DNA from: Octopus vulgaris
Taxonomy: Eukaryota
Assembly: GCA_951406725.2 (NCBI GenBank)
Contig: OX597816.1
Location: 98,890,001 to 98,954,000, forward strand
DNA: 64,000 nucleotides
Reading direction: 5' to 3'
Shown here: positions 1-13,383 of the stretch, piece by piece
Position numbering within the stretch: position 1 is the stretch's first letter
Layout: each line of letters opens with the position of its first letter
Notes under the pieces: model-generated
What the model was told of the DNA's origin: nothing
Databases searched by the model: none
Seen by the model: the letters and a program-made list of their open reading frames with translations, nothing else
Translations under genes and position numbers: made by a program

Positions 1-679
1 GAATATAGCTTTTCAAAATAGACACAGAAAACTACCACACGAAGCGACATGTTTCGTTATAATCAAACCTAGGTCCTTGTAATAGAGTGCATTATATTTC
101 GTCAACATCCTATTCTATAAATATCAGTTGCACAGAAATTCATTATCAAAACACGCAAGAGAAATTTTACGATTTATTTGGTGTTTTCTTGTATTGAGAG
201 AGCGTTAGATAACTTTCACTTACTTATAACACCTTACACTATGTGTATTACAAATTAAATGTTTGTAATATTCCTAACCATTTGAGATATCTAAACTGAG
301 TGGGGTATATCAAACAACAACAGACTTTTCTTGTGGTACTAAGGGGTGAATAAAATAACATAATAACTTGCATATCAAGTAAATAAATACGACGGTATTC
401 ATATAGCTATATTCTTATTTTAAGAAACATAGTTACAGCAAGCCAAGTATTCAAGTGTATGCAGTCTTATTAGTACACGAGCTGGCAACCATGCATCGAT
501 ATACATAACTACAACTCATTCTATGTACACACACGCACGCACACAACCGCTCTCTCTCTCACTCGTTTTCAGTTTATAATCATGTGTTTGAATGTGTGTG
601 TATGCGTATCTCTTATGATAAAAGGCAGATTTTCTCTGCCTCTGACATAGTTTGTTTTTAATACAATTGTACAATATAG

Positions 680-1070
680 AATTTCTTCAATTGGAATTTA
701 CCTATGATTTTTCGAAGTAGATTCGATTGGGTCATGGCTTTCAATTTTTTCAATTTGACCCCCAATTAAGCAAAATTCGAGAAAACTAATATGTTACGAT
801 TTGCCTCTCTCATATCAACTGCTTCACTCCTTCTATTACCACACTTTCTCCTACTTTCTCTTTGCAAGTGTAGCTTAAACCATTACTCAAAAAAAATACA
901 CAGGAAACAGAAACAAATAAATACATAACGATTTACTCCTCACACAATTTCTTCAATTGGAATTTACCTATGATTTTTCGAAGTACATTCCATTGGGTCA
1001 TGGTATTGAAATTTCTTTCAATATGACCCCCAATGAAGCAAAAATTCGAGAAAACTCAATATTTTACGAT
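680..1070. repeat. Imperfect direct repeat, two ~120-bp copies (680-800 and 947-1070)
   Basis: Both copies read AATTTCTTCAATTGGAATTTACCTATGATTTTTCGAAGTA...GGGTCATGG...AAGCAAAATTCGAGAAAACT...TTACGAT. Confidence 0.85.
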
Positions 1071-1169
1071 AGGTTTTTAATTTACTTTCTGTCGCTAAAT
1101 TTTCGTAGTATTAATTTGCGAGCGTACTTCAGTTGTCAATTGTTGAAAGAAAGAAATTGTAAGCTAAGA

Positions 1170-1171
<2 letters not shown>

Positions 1172-1242
<71 letters not shown>

Positions 1243-1258
1243 TGTGTGTATGTGTGTG
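1172..1258. repeat. (GT)n microsatellite
   Basis: Direct reading; source of the spurious CVCV/HTHT ORFs. Confidence 0.97.
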
Positions 1259-1332
1259 TAGGAAGTGAAGGATAAAAATATGGCAAGAAGTGGACAGATG
1301 TACATATATACATACAAACATCCATACATACA

Positions 1333-1371
<39 letters not shown>

Positions 1372-1391
1372 GTATTAATGTGTGTGTGTTA

Positions 1392-1883
<492 letters not shown>

Positions 1884-2189
1884 GAAATTGGAGTGAAGAA
1901 AGAGTACGTTTAGACATTTATTATTCACTACAATTGTTCCCAACAATACAAGTATTTGTTTATGCAACTGTTTGTTTGCATAATGGGATCCAGTTGTGTT
2001 TCAGTCTATGGGAGGGATCGTGTGAGAGTCAGCACGCAGGGTTAGAGATAAGTAGAGAGTTATGTATATGTCTACATATATATGTATATACATATATGTG
2101 TATGTGTGTGTTTGACTAAGAGTGTGTATATACACATGCGCTTCGCCATATGCATGTTCAACACAAAGTCGTAGGTTTACTTACTTATC

Positions 2190-2226
<37 letters not shown>

Positions 2227-2714
2227 ACAAATGCGTGAAGTTACTGAAATTTAACCATATACTTCACGCTGGCACAAGTATACATGACTACAAAACATGA
2301 GATCAGTTAATGAATGTCATCGAAGTTTCAGATTATCTAACTTGCAACCTTTTTTCGTTTTTTAATTAGAAACCGTAAAATTCTTGTCTCATTAATGTTT
2401 AACCTCTTACAGGACTTTGTCTGAGACATTGATTATCCACTCTTCACAGAGTATATATATATATACGATAGGCTTCTGTCAATTTCCGTCAACCAGATCC
2501 ATATATATGTGTGTGTATAAGAAGGAATTAAAGTTCATGCTATAATTCTTCGTAATAATCATTATTGTTAATATTAAATATGTATATATAAGTATATATA
2601 ATTGCGTAAGTATATGCTTTCTAATTATATTAAACAACGTCGCCTTTTAAAGATTATTGCTATACATTTATAATGATTCATTTCACAATAATGTTACTTT
2701 CAATATTTTCGCTA

Positions 2715-2804
2715 ACAATCTACAATGACTCTACACTAATAAATTGTTTTATACACGAGTTCATGTATAAAGCAATTTATTAGTGTAGAGTCACTGTAGA
2801 TTGT
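2715..2804. repeat. Near-perfect 90-bp palindrome
   Basis: 44-bp arms with 3 mismatches and a 2-nt loop: ACAATCTACAATGACTCTACACTAATAAATTG... / ...CAATTTATTAGTGTAGAGTCACTGTAGATTGT. Confidence 0.9.
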
Positions 2805-4926
2805 GAACATATTGAACATAGAGGAAGCTGTTATATTTTCATTGTCTAATAAGTCACAGTTATTTTCTTCTGTTTTGGAAGCACAGTTTTCTTTTACGCG
2901 TTTTCTTGGGTAAGTTTTCTTCTTTTTATTACCGTAGCCAGTAATTTATAAGAGGTATATTTTGTTTAAAGAAACTCTGTGAAAATCGTTGTAAATTTCC
3001 TTAAAGATTGTTATGTAGGAAGCAACATAAGGATGTATAAAATAATTACTATTTTGTAGTTACCAGTATTCTATATTTGATGTAAATTTTGTTTCTAGTT
3101 CTACTGTATTATAGCAGCTATCTTATATTTAATGAGTATGTGGTTGTGTATGTGTTTGCATTCAATTTTATACGTGTGAGTGCGTGTGTGTATGTTTATG
3201 AATTTGTATTTGAAGATATGTGCTTGTGTGTGTTTATGTTTTAGCCTGTGTACAGCCGCCTTGTTATTTTTCCTTCTTTCATATCAGTGAGAGTCCGAGA
3301 AATCAGTGACGCCCCATTTTATCTTTCACTGTTATAAGAACATTTAGCCAGTTACTTTTAATCCTGACGCAATTTTTCACAAATTACTATATAAAATAAG
3401 ATATATTATGCATTAAATATGTTATTCTCTGAATAATCCTAGTTCAATTCTATTCCAACTTGATTTCGGATTTTATCTATCAAAGTCTTGTCAAATCTAA
3501 AAACAGTATGCTCAATCACTTAAGCATGAACGTTCTTATACGAAAGTGAGATACATATCCAGGAATTCCTTAAACGAAGGATTAGAATGTCATTAGAAAA
3601 CTTTAACAATTGTCAATCCATGTGTTGTTATTTTTGAGAACTGCTTCTACTGGTGAATTTCTTTTACGTATACAACTGTGTATAAATTCATTTGTAACAA
3701 TTATAAATCTGATAGGATATACATATCTTTACTTACATAAGTGTCTATGTCAACAGATAAGTCGGCAGCTATCTTAGATTTTTAAGCTCACATCAATACA
3801 ACATTATAAGCTTTCGCTATGTCGAGTGCTGCTGTCGTCTTGTCATGGACGTTGTTTCCAACTCTGGAATGTTCTATCTTGTAGCATTTTGTTATGTCAG
3901 CATTCAAACATTTTTCATATTGTCTCGTACTAAAATCAGAGAAGTTTCATATGATTACCAGAAAGCGTGTCTTTCAATGATTGGAAATTATATTTCCATA
4001 TATTCTTTTTGATATAGAGTGTGTCACCATATTATTATGCTGTTTATTCGTTCAAAATGCTCCACACTTGCTGCATTTGGCATATTGATATATGGCTTAA
4101 TCCGATACCATGAATGCTGATACTTTTGTTACCTTTTTAAGCTGGATTTGTTCATTCAACAGAACGATATATTTATTAATAGTTATCCGGATCCCTGAAA
4201 TATTGGCTTTTTAAGAATATGACTTTATGGGTGTTCAGGAGCTCTCATTCCATGTCTTTTTGTGTAACCCAAAACCCATCATTTCCAGTGGTATATCCGT
4301 GTGTTTGTGTGTGTTCTTAATTAGCGTCTCTAGTTATTTATCAATCAATGGCACTTGATGTATTTCCTGATATCGCCGAAGATCGCTGACTGTTCTCCAC
4401 GGCCTTTGTAACCATGTCGCTGAACATATGTCGAAAAGTTCTTGGGTACAAGAGAAAGGTACTGCAGATGCAGTGTACTCTTGGAATATTCTAATAGAAA
4501 TACAATTAGTTCTTAAAATTCCCTCTTTATATGTATCTTCAGAATGGCTTGCGATTTACTCAAGTTCAGTTAAATGCATCTCTAATATTGTTACTTCTGT
4601 ATTCTTGGCTAATATTTCTATAATCTAGGTGTCAGGAACACTGTTAAGAGCAGTCTAGGAGTCAATGCACTCCATGCTTCTCAGGTCCGTCTTTCACTTT
4701 CCAATCTTCATTTATGACCTTGCTATTTGACAGTTGCACCATGGTTTATATTCTGGAAGTTAATTATTTTGTCCAGATGATTATTAATCATAGGCGACCT
4801 TATCGCTCTGTAATATTTATTATACGAAGGATTTAGGTTTCTTTACTTAAAGATTATTTTCTCCCCAGCAATACAAATTTTCTATGCTATTAAAGATATT
4901 TTCGCCTTTTTCGTGTATGGTATATA

Positions 4927-5080
4927 TCGACCCCACTTATGGTACTTATTCTAGCGACTCCCAAAAGGATGGAAGGCAAAATTGATCTCAAGAGTATTTT
5001 ATTTCAGAACGTAAAGACGGAAAAAATGTCGCTAAACATTTTGCCCGGCGTTCTAATGATTCTGCCAGCTTACCACCTTA
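4927..5080 (-). mobile_element. SINE, family A (diverged)
   Basis: Reverse complement resembles the AAGGYGGTGAGCTGGCAGAATC...GTTCTGA...AAGTACCA...GGGGTCGAT copies at 20070 and 41608. Confidence 0.65.
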
Positions 5081-5567
5081 TCGTTACCAAACATTCCAAC
5101 CAGAATTTTCGCGTTGTGCCATCTAATCGTACATTTTAGTTGTTCGTTTATTCAAGTATATGATATCAGTTCTAAGCTGAAATACCTCCCTCCCACCTCA
5201 CGCAACTACGATTTTTCAGTTTTTGATTTTATTGTTTAAAAAAAAGACAAACACTAGCTCCTGTGGCGATTCGTTCACTGACATAATTTTAGTCAAAATT
5301 ATATTGCTTATCTTGATATTGGAACTGTATTGATTTATACTTTACTATTGCCGAGGTCATCATATCCTCTTGGGGGTGAAGTTGAAGTGTTTTTATTTGA
5401 TGCCTAATTATCGACATTCATAAAAAGACATCTTTTCCAATGTTGAAAGACTCTTTTGTTTAATGCATTCTTTGATTTTGGAGACAAATACTTTTTTCCA
5501 ATATTACATTTCTGCAGTGTTTGTGTCTGCATGATTTAAATTTATGTTCCTTTTTGGTTATTAACAT

Positions 5568-5945
5568 GGAGGTGCAATGGCCCAGTGGTTAGGGCAGCGA
5601 ACTTGCGGTCGTAGGATCGTGGTTTCGATTCTCAGACCGGGCGTTGTGTCTGTTTATTGAGCAAAAACACCTACAGCTGCAAGAGGCTTGGGCAGAGGGT
5701 GGGGGCGAACCCTGCTGTACTCTTTCACCACAACTTTCTCTCGCTCTTTCTTCCTGCTTTTGCTGTATCTGTATTTCAAATGGCCATCCTTGTCACATTC
5801 TGTGTCACACTGTATCTCCCCGAGAACTACGTAAAGGGTACACGTGTCTGTGGAGTACTCGGCCACTTGCACATTAATTTCACGAGCAGGCTGTTCCGTT
5901 GATCGGATCAGCTGGAACCTTGTTGTCGTAACGGACAGAGTGCCC
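5568..5945 (+). mobile_element. tRNA-derived SINE, family B
   Basis: tRNA-like head with A box TGGCCCAGTGG and B box GGTTTCGATTCT; body matches the copies at 18452 and 52146. Confidence 0.85.
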
Positions 5946-7269
5946 TGCTTTCGTGCTACTTTCATTTTATTTTCAACGTTCTCTAAATGTTTGCTTGGGT
6001 TTCTTATATTCTTACATGTGTAGAAATTTTAATATAGATCTATAAAAGTTAAGATTGCATTTTTCAGCTGTCCTTACTAACTGTTCATCCTAAGTCAAGT
6101 ACTTTTATTCGTTTATAAAAAAATGTGTATGCCATTTAATCCTTAACTATTTAAATGTTTATAGTGGTGCCGTATATTGTTTTCTATGTTTATGGCTTTC
6201 TATTCTGGCTTTTTGTTCATGTTTGCTTTTGTTCTAATTATGTTTTTAGTTTTGATAATATTTTGTAGATTCTCTAGTGTCTCACTTCCTATTGTTATGT
6301 GGTTTGTAATGCACCAGCTAACCGTATATGTTTATTTATGTTTTTTTTCAGCATTGTTCTCGGCATTTGCATCGTTTGGATATTTATATTTTTGTTATAA
6401 TTTTTCTTTTTAGATTTTCACTTCTATGTTTAATGGCTTTCTGGCTTTCCAGGTGTTTTTGTTGTTTTTGTTTTGTTGCTGCAGTTATCGTTGTGTTTCT
6501 TCTTTTTCTAGTCCTTATTGTTGTTATTTTTGCCGTTGCTTTTGTTGTTGTTGAGGCTGTTTTTTGCTACTATTGTTAATGATATTATTTAGTGTCATTT
6601 GCATGCATTTACTACCCTAACGATCACTTCACCTTCCATATGTGCAGTGTATTTTTGTAATTTCGATCTCTATTTTATCATTCATGATTTCAGAAGTAAA
6701 TTAAAAATTTACTATTTTGAATCAAGTATTAGGGCATCATGAAGAACATGCTATTGGAATGTATTCTTCTACTTCATGCAGGTAAAATAGGATGTTAGAC
6801 ACATTATCTCACTTCTATATTGTACTGCTTGGTATAACTTGCTTCTCGCCAAGATTATAGTACTTTACTTTGCTATGGTAATAATTAACGTCATTTTAAT
6901 GACGAAGAATATCTCCTGATGTAATATGAGCTTGCTGGTGATTTGTCAGCGTCATAAAATTTAATATTTTCTCCAAATGTCCCTGTCTGATAATCCCCTT
7001 GTTTTCAACAGAGTTATGTGAATTTCACACCACCAGTGTGAAGATTTATGTATGATACATTAGACACTAGTAAAAGAGCAATCCGAATTTGAACATATAA
7101 ATCAAAAAAATACAGTTATCCTTCAAACATTTCGTAAATGTTCTTCCGTTTTACTTGTTGATATATGCTTAATGTTAGAAGAACCATAGGGGTACGGTGT
7201 ATTCGCTACATGTCATCTTAAGGATTTCCCTGTGTTACTGTAGACAGAGCTGATTGGTGACCCCTTCGC

Positions 7270-8120
7270 AAACGTCTATCACAGCTGACAACAAAAAGGA
7301 AGAATTCCCAGATCTGTTAGTCTAAGTGTGTTAACATTACTGAAACAAGGAGCCAATACAGCGGATATTATAGACAATTTCCTACCCATAAGCCTGTTAA
7401 ATATTGAGTTTAAAACTTTGATTAAAATATTAACAAAGAGGTTAGTACTTCTCATGGATGATTTAATCGGTAAGCTCAAACATGTGAGGTCCCTAACAGA
7501 ATCGTGTGCGACAAACGTCGCCTCACGCTTTACATCATAGAAGGAATGAATAGTAAAACTGACTTCAATGGGGCTTTGATCAATTTGAACCAGTCGATAG
7601 CCTTCGATTCGGTCGAGAATCGCTACTCGGAAGAAGTTCTAAAAGTAGCCGGTTTCAGAACCGATTTCAGTGGCTTGAGAGCATCAATGCTAACTAACAC
7701 TGGTTTAGTGGTCAAGCTAAACGGGTCCTCTCGAAATAAAGTAAACAGTTCCTTCTCTGGTGCTCATGCCTTCACTACGGAAGTTAAGGCTCTTTAGGGC
7801 TATATCTTGCGAACTGGGATTTGGTAGAGCTGTGTCGGCTTATGCAGACGATATCACGGTAATTGTGTCACACACAAGTTCATGTGATCGATTTTATTTT
7901 AAAGAACTATGAGGTGATAGCAGGAGCTAAGAAAAAATCCGAACAAATCTGTAGACTTGCAACTCGGCGACTGGAGACCCGAGTCTATGGCAACGAACAA
8001 CATAGCAGGTCGATGGACAGACCGGTGAAATTGTCCGGTGTCTGGTTTGGCCCTGATCTTTAAGTGAACTAGAAATGGGATGAGATTGGCCCAGGCTCGC
8101 CCATAAATAGCCCAACAAGA
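7270..8120 (+). pseudogene. Decayed L1/Tx1-like LINE reverse transcriptase fragment
   Basis: Frameshifted motifs NFLPISLLNIEFKTLIKILTKRL, GALINLNQSIAFDSV, VSAYADDIT (~7833-7860) and PVKLSGVWFGPDL. Confidence 0.85.
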
Positions 8121-8127
8121 AATTATA

Positions 8128-8200
<73 letters not shown>

Positions 8201-9561
8201 GTGTGAGTGTGTGTATAATATATATATATAGTCACACATATTAAAATGTGTTCCTGGGTGAGTGTGTGTTGGAGTGAGCATGAAGTTTTATATTCAAGTA
8301 TGCATACACATACAAACGCTAGTAAATTCACAAGCAAATGGATAAAAGAATTGATGACACGCTCCGGAATATGTGGGTGTGCATATATTCCTACAAATTT
8401 ATATACATATATATCTTACATTGACTGTACAAATGTTAATACGTATTCATGTACATGTTTGAGATTGTGCATGTACGACAACTTCTGTCTGATATAATTA
8501 ATATTTTTGTTGCGATGTTCACCGCAATATAATTAATACCGCGCAATACGACAAATAATACTTTCTTATATTTACAAAATTAATGGATATTTTTTTTTGC
8601 AAACCAAATAAAGTATAATTACATCAACACAAAACATCAATTATATATCAACGTATAGATGTTATTCCACCCATGAGATAACAGGTTTTGTCCAGGAAAC
8701 ATTCGGCAAATTGCATTGCTTCAATATGTATATATATACATGTTTGTGTATGTGTTTTATATATATTTATATATATGTAATTATATTCATGTATGTATAT
8801 GCATATTATGTATACGCATGTATAGGTATATATGCATATATGCGTGTTTGCGTTTGTGTGTGTATTTTCCCTGCACATATAATAATGAAATCATTTGTAT
8901 GCATATATTCAACAATTTCGTTCTTCTACGGCAATAAGAATATATGTGCGCATGTATGTGTGCGACTGTGTATCTATAAAATACATACGTGTATGTGTGT
9001 GTGTGTGCCAGTATGCGTGTACGTGTGTGTGTTTGTCTGTGTGTGTAAGTGTGTGTGTGTGCATGCGTGCGTGAGTAGTGCACATATGTAGTATAAATTA
9101 CAAAATGCAGTTATTAACTTTAAAGTAGCAGGCAATGTGACCACTAAACGATTTTATTTCTGCTCTTAACCCGCTGTCATCTATGGATGCAACAAATTGC
9201 CAAAAGATATAGCGACCTTTGTATATGGCAGCTGTTATTTGAATGATACAACAGAATTCGAGTAAGAAATATGTATTCAACTTCTGTATTGAGACATATG
9301 ATCAAAAATGTCAACATTAGTTAATTTACAAATGCTTTTCCATAAAACATTTGATACAATTGATACCTACTTCAAATTTAATGTTTACAACATAATATCA
9401 CTTATTTGTGTATTGTCGCATGCACGTTTGATTATGTAACATTATGTCTACAATGATAAGAACATATCTACCAACATATATTCCCATATACGAGTGCGTG
9501 TGTGTAGGCATGTGTTTGTGAGGCGAAACAGTTCAGTAAAGATAGAATATATATATATATA

Positions 9562-9846
9562 CTCTTTTACTCTTTAAATTTGCTTCAGTGTTTTCATTGT
9601 GTCTATGCTGGAGCACTGCCTTTCGGCGAACAATTCGATTCCAAGACTTATTCTTTGTAAGCCTGGTATAAATTATATCGGACTGGCTTGGCAGAGTTAT
9701 GGGCACGTAAATACACCGATACCAAAGGATCTACAAAATCCACTCACAAGGCTTTGGTCTGCCCGATGCCATAGAAGAAGACACGCTTTTGGACTGAGCC
9801 CGGAAGTATGTGGTTGAGAAGCTTAACACAGAAACTCCAGCGCCTA
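9562..9846 (-). mobile_element. SINE, family C (tRNA/CORE-like, internally deleted)
   Basis: Shares ATGCTGGAGCAC, AAATCCACTCACAAGGCTTTGGTC and AGAAGACAC blocks with the copies at 29705, 38860 and 54015. Confidence 0.75.
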
Positions 9847-9849
9847 TAA

Positions 9850-9899
<50 letters not shown>

Positions 9900-11316
9900 T
9901 CACCTGCTTCGTGCTCCTTCACCTGTCTACGTTTTTTATATTCTGTAAATTTGCACCCAATATTTTATGTTTTTATTGTCTTTTGGTTTTATGTATTTTT
10001 GTTTTACACAGTGAAATTATTTGATAAAAATAGAAATTTCCGGGCATGACTTATATTCTCGATTTCATTATACTGTATGTCATGATATATCTAAGCAAAT
10101 TCTAGTTCATTTATAAGTATATAAATTTCTTTTCTCGAAACAGACAATAAAATAGAGCAAGAGAAAATTCTGTAAATCTTTTAGTATTTTTATAATGAAC
10201 ACTTTCAAACCAACTAGTAACTGAATTCCATTCTGCGAAGATGATTCTCTAAACTAGCATTTCTGCAGGGGTTTTTTCGGGTTTTTTTTTTTTGTAATTG
10301 TTTTGTGAAATTAATTAATCTACATTTATATATCGAAATGGAATCTTAAATGTGTTCCTTCAGTGTAATATTTTTCTCCCATTGCGCTAAAAATTCCAGA
10401 TCATTATATAATTTTAGATAATGAGTTCTATTTTAAGAACCCTTTCGTTAATAATGTCAGACGATGAGTTGTTCAGACCGATAATAATAAACAATAATAA
10501 ACAGTAAACGATTTGGGTTTGAAAATCAATCAGCGTGCTAATTCATGTATTTTATATGAACTTGTATACTATATTGTGTGTGTGTCTATTTCTTTGAACC
10601 ACTTTGTATAAGTGTGTACGCATGTATGTAAGCATCTATGTATATAGGGACACACATTATGGGGCAGAAATATATTTGGCATTTCGTGTAACGTAGGTAC
10701 AATAATTTCACGGTTTTGTAAAATCCATGGTGCATATACAAATTAATAATTACAATACTAATATTCAAAATAATATATTTATTAAGATTAAATTAAATGA
10801 GACCTCATTTGTAATTTTTACAATAAACACGTTAGCAATAATAACACTGTTTAAATATGAATTAATTAATGACGTAAACTATTGATTAATTCCACATATG
10901 GCATCGTGACGAAACACCCGACAATATCATTAGTATTGATTTCGTTCATACGTATTGGGTACGCCGATTGTCTTCATGTAACCATCCATTATGTGTATGT
11001 GAGTGCGTGCTTCTGTGTGAAGAAGTATTTGTGTAGAGGGTCGCTTTGTGAAATATCACTTTTTCAACCTAAGGGTAGCATAACTGGGTTTTACCCACTT
11101 TAATAATGGGGTTTCACTACGACTGATTTAAAACCTTATGTAGTAATCATGCTAAAGAGATCATCATCCAATAAAATGAAATACCAATCCTCACACAAAT
11201 ATGATGATAAGTAATCAAAACTAGCATTAATATAATCACTTATTGATTCATATACTGTTGCCTTATCAAAACCAAGTTAGATGTTTGGCGGTCAATATGA
11301 AGCGGCTTTGTTAATG

Positions 11317-11356
<40 letters not shown>

Positions 11357-11452
11357 GGAGTAAACACATAAATGTGAAACAAGGTGGAAAAAAGAGTACT
11401 CAAATACCAGTGGTAGAGTAATATGCTTTATTTTAAGCAGCAGAAAATTCAA

Positions 11453-11502
11453 CAAAATCTGTTACTCTGAGTTTCTCGTTGCCGTTCATCAGACAGTTTT
11501 TG
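11453..11502 (-). ncRNA. Type I hammerhead ribozyme motif (left-arm copy)
   Basis: Reverse complement: CAAAAACUGU-CUGAUGA-ACGGCAACGA-GAAA-CUCAGAG-UA|ACAGAUUUUG. Confidence 0.8.
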
Positions 11503-12504
11503 CTAGAATGGAACATATATATTAATTCAATCTATACTCTTACAAACGCTACACCTTTAAAAAGAAATGGACTTGTTTGATTGGCCCTTTAGAAAAAACG
11601 GTCAATCTTCGAGCGATAAACAAAAAGGTCAAAAATATATGTATATATATATAAAAACTTATAAAAATTATAAAATCCGCGGAAAATACCGAGGAAAAAA
11701 CCTGTTGCCGTTAATGAAGACAGTACAAATTAATGCATAGAAATTAAACCTGTTATAAATACTGCAATACATATTTATATTAAAATCCACATATATATAT
11801 CAACATACACAAAAGGATGCGCGTAAACGCCATACATACATATACAGACGTATGAATATGAATCTAAATTATACACATAAAAGCATGTGTACATATATTC
11901 ACGCAAACCGTCTCGCACGCAAGCTAAAATTCATCTATGTAGCAATTCTCATATACTGAGCAAGGAGGGGGAACGAAAGAAAGGGAAAGAGAGAAAAAGG
12001 AACGGAGGAGGGGTGGAGAAAAACTTGTAGCGATGTTATTTGGCATCTATAGAGGCCAGTATACATACACAAGTTTGAATTGATACATATACATACCGTC
12101 GTGTATATGTGTGCTTAAGCACAAGCATACTTTCACTTACACATACACAGATACGCATGCTTACAAATACATATGCTTTGCTATACACAAACTTATATAA
12201 ACATTCTAAATTTGACAACATTGCTTTTTTATAAAAAAACATTGCTTTTAAAAAATGGGTGCATTAATAAAAATATATACGAAAGACCTATAAAATAAAA
12301 TATAACATCCTATTTTGGGTCATTTATAAATAATCAAGGTAATATAAATAATCAAGGTAATCTTATGCAATACAATAACATGAAAACAAAGTTTGTAGGT
12401 TTTTCCTAATATATATGTAGAAATAATAAGACTTTGCTATAGGTCCGTTGTAGCGCTCAAGAGTCAAAATCAAAATCAAAAAATCAAAATACAAAATATA
12501 TACT

Positions 12505-13383
12505 CTATCCATATGGTATATTTATATTCGACATTTTAAATTTAGCCTTGTGCCTACATAAGTTCATTAATTCACTTCTTTGATTCAAAGAATTATTGTC
12601 TTTGAATAATATGTGCATTTTTTCTAATAAGCAAAGCCTGCACTTGAAATTATATTTGTAAGCTCCATGCCTGTATGGTGCCGCCCTGTCCAGAATGCTC
12701 CATGTCACGTTGAAAGGTGGGGTTTCCTTTTCTTTTAGTTCCCAGACATATTTTGCTAGGCTGGTTTTCTTTCTATTCTCTGGGTATTTAAAAGAATTCT
12801 TATGAGAATAAAATCTTGTTTTAAATGAATTTTCTGAAGCCCCTGTGTATGTCTTGTATTCCGATGAGCCTTCCACTTGCACCTTGGCTCTATAAACTAC
12901 TCCTTTCACTAGACATTTCCCTTCTAACGGACAGGAGCTTTCGTTTTTGCAATTACATTTCTTAATGGGCTCGGCACCATGTCTAATCTCAATTAGCTTC
13001 CTATTATGTTGGCTAATGTAAGAGGCGAAATTTCTGCAACAAGAATAGCTAACCTTCAGGGTTCTTCTATTAAATATTCTGTAGAATTTATGACCCTGCC
13101 TAAAATGCTTAGAGACTAATCTCAAAAATTCCTTACCTATATTAGTCTTTACGGCCAAATTGAAAGCCGGGTTGAACCACAAAACTTTCCTAGTCCTAGT
13201 TCTTCGTGCAGCATTATTATTAGCATTAAGCTGGTTGAACTGGATCTTCTCCGAGAATCCACTATTCTTTAATGCGCTATCGTAATAAGGTGCAGCATTA
13301 TGGAATGCTGCCTCGTCCGAAGAAATTGAAGATATTCTTCTACCTACATTGCTGACTAAGTTAATAAGGATAACTATGAGCAT
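12505..13383 (-). CDS. PLE ORF C-terminal part (thumb end, CxC linker, GIY-YIG endonuclease), inverted copy, 292 aa
   Basis: Identical to the C-terminal ~289 aa of the + strand ORF; no stops. Confidence 0.85.
   Translation of the reverse strand: MLIVILINLVSNVGRRISSISSDEAAFHNAAPYYDSALKNSGFSEKIQFNQLNANNNAARRTRTRKVLWFNPAFNLAVKTNIGKEFLRLVSKHFRQGHKFYRIFNRRTLKVSYSCCRNFASYISQHNRKLIEIRHGAEPIKKCNCKNESSCPLEGKCLVKGVVYRAKVQVEGSSEYKTYTGASENSFKTRFYSHKNSFKYPENRKKTSLAKYVWELKEKETPPFNVTWSILDRAAPYRHGAYKYNFKCRLCLLEKMHILFKDNNSLNQRSELMNLCRHKAKFKMSNINIPYG

Noticed and set aside
3740-4830. Higher-complexity stretch with a CSKCG motif on the minus strand
   Set aside because: Interrupted by stops with an incomplete zinc knuckle; possibly an old transposon, but it cannot be assigned.
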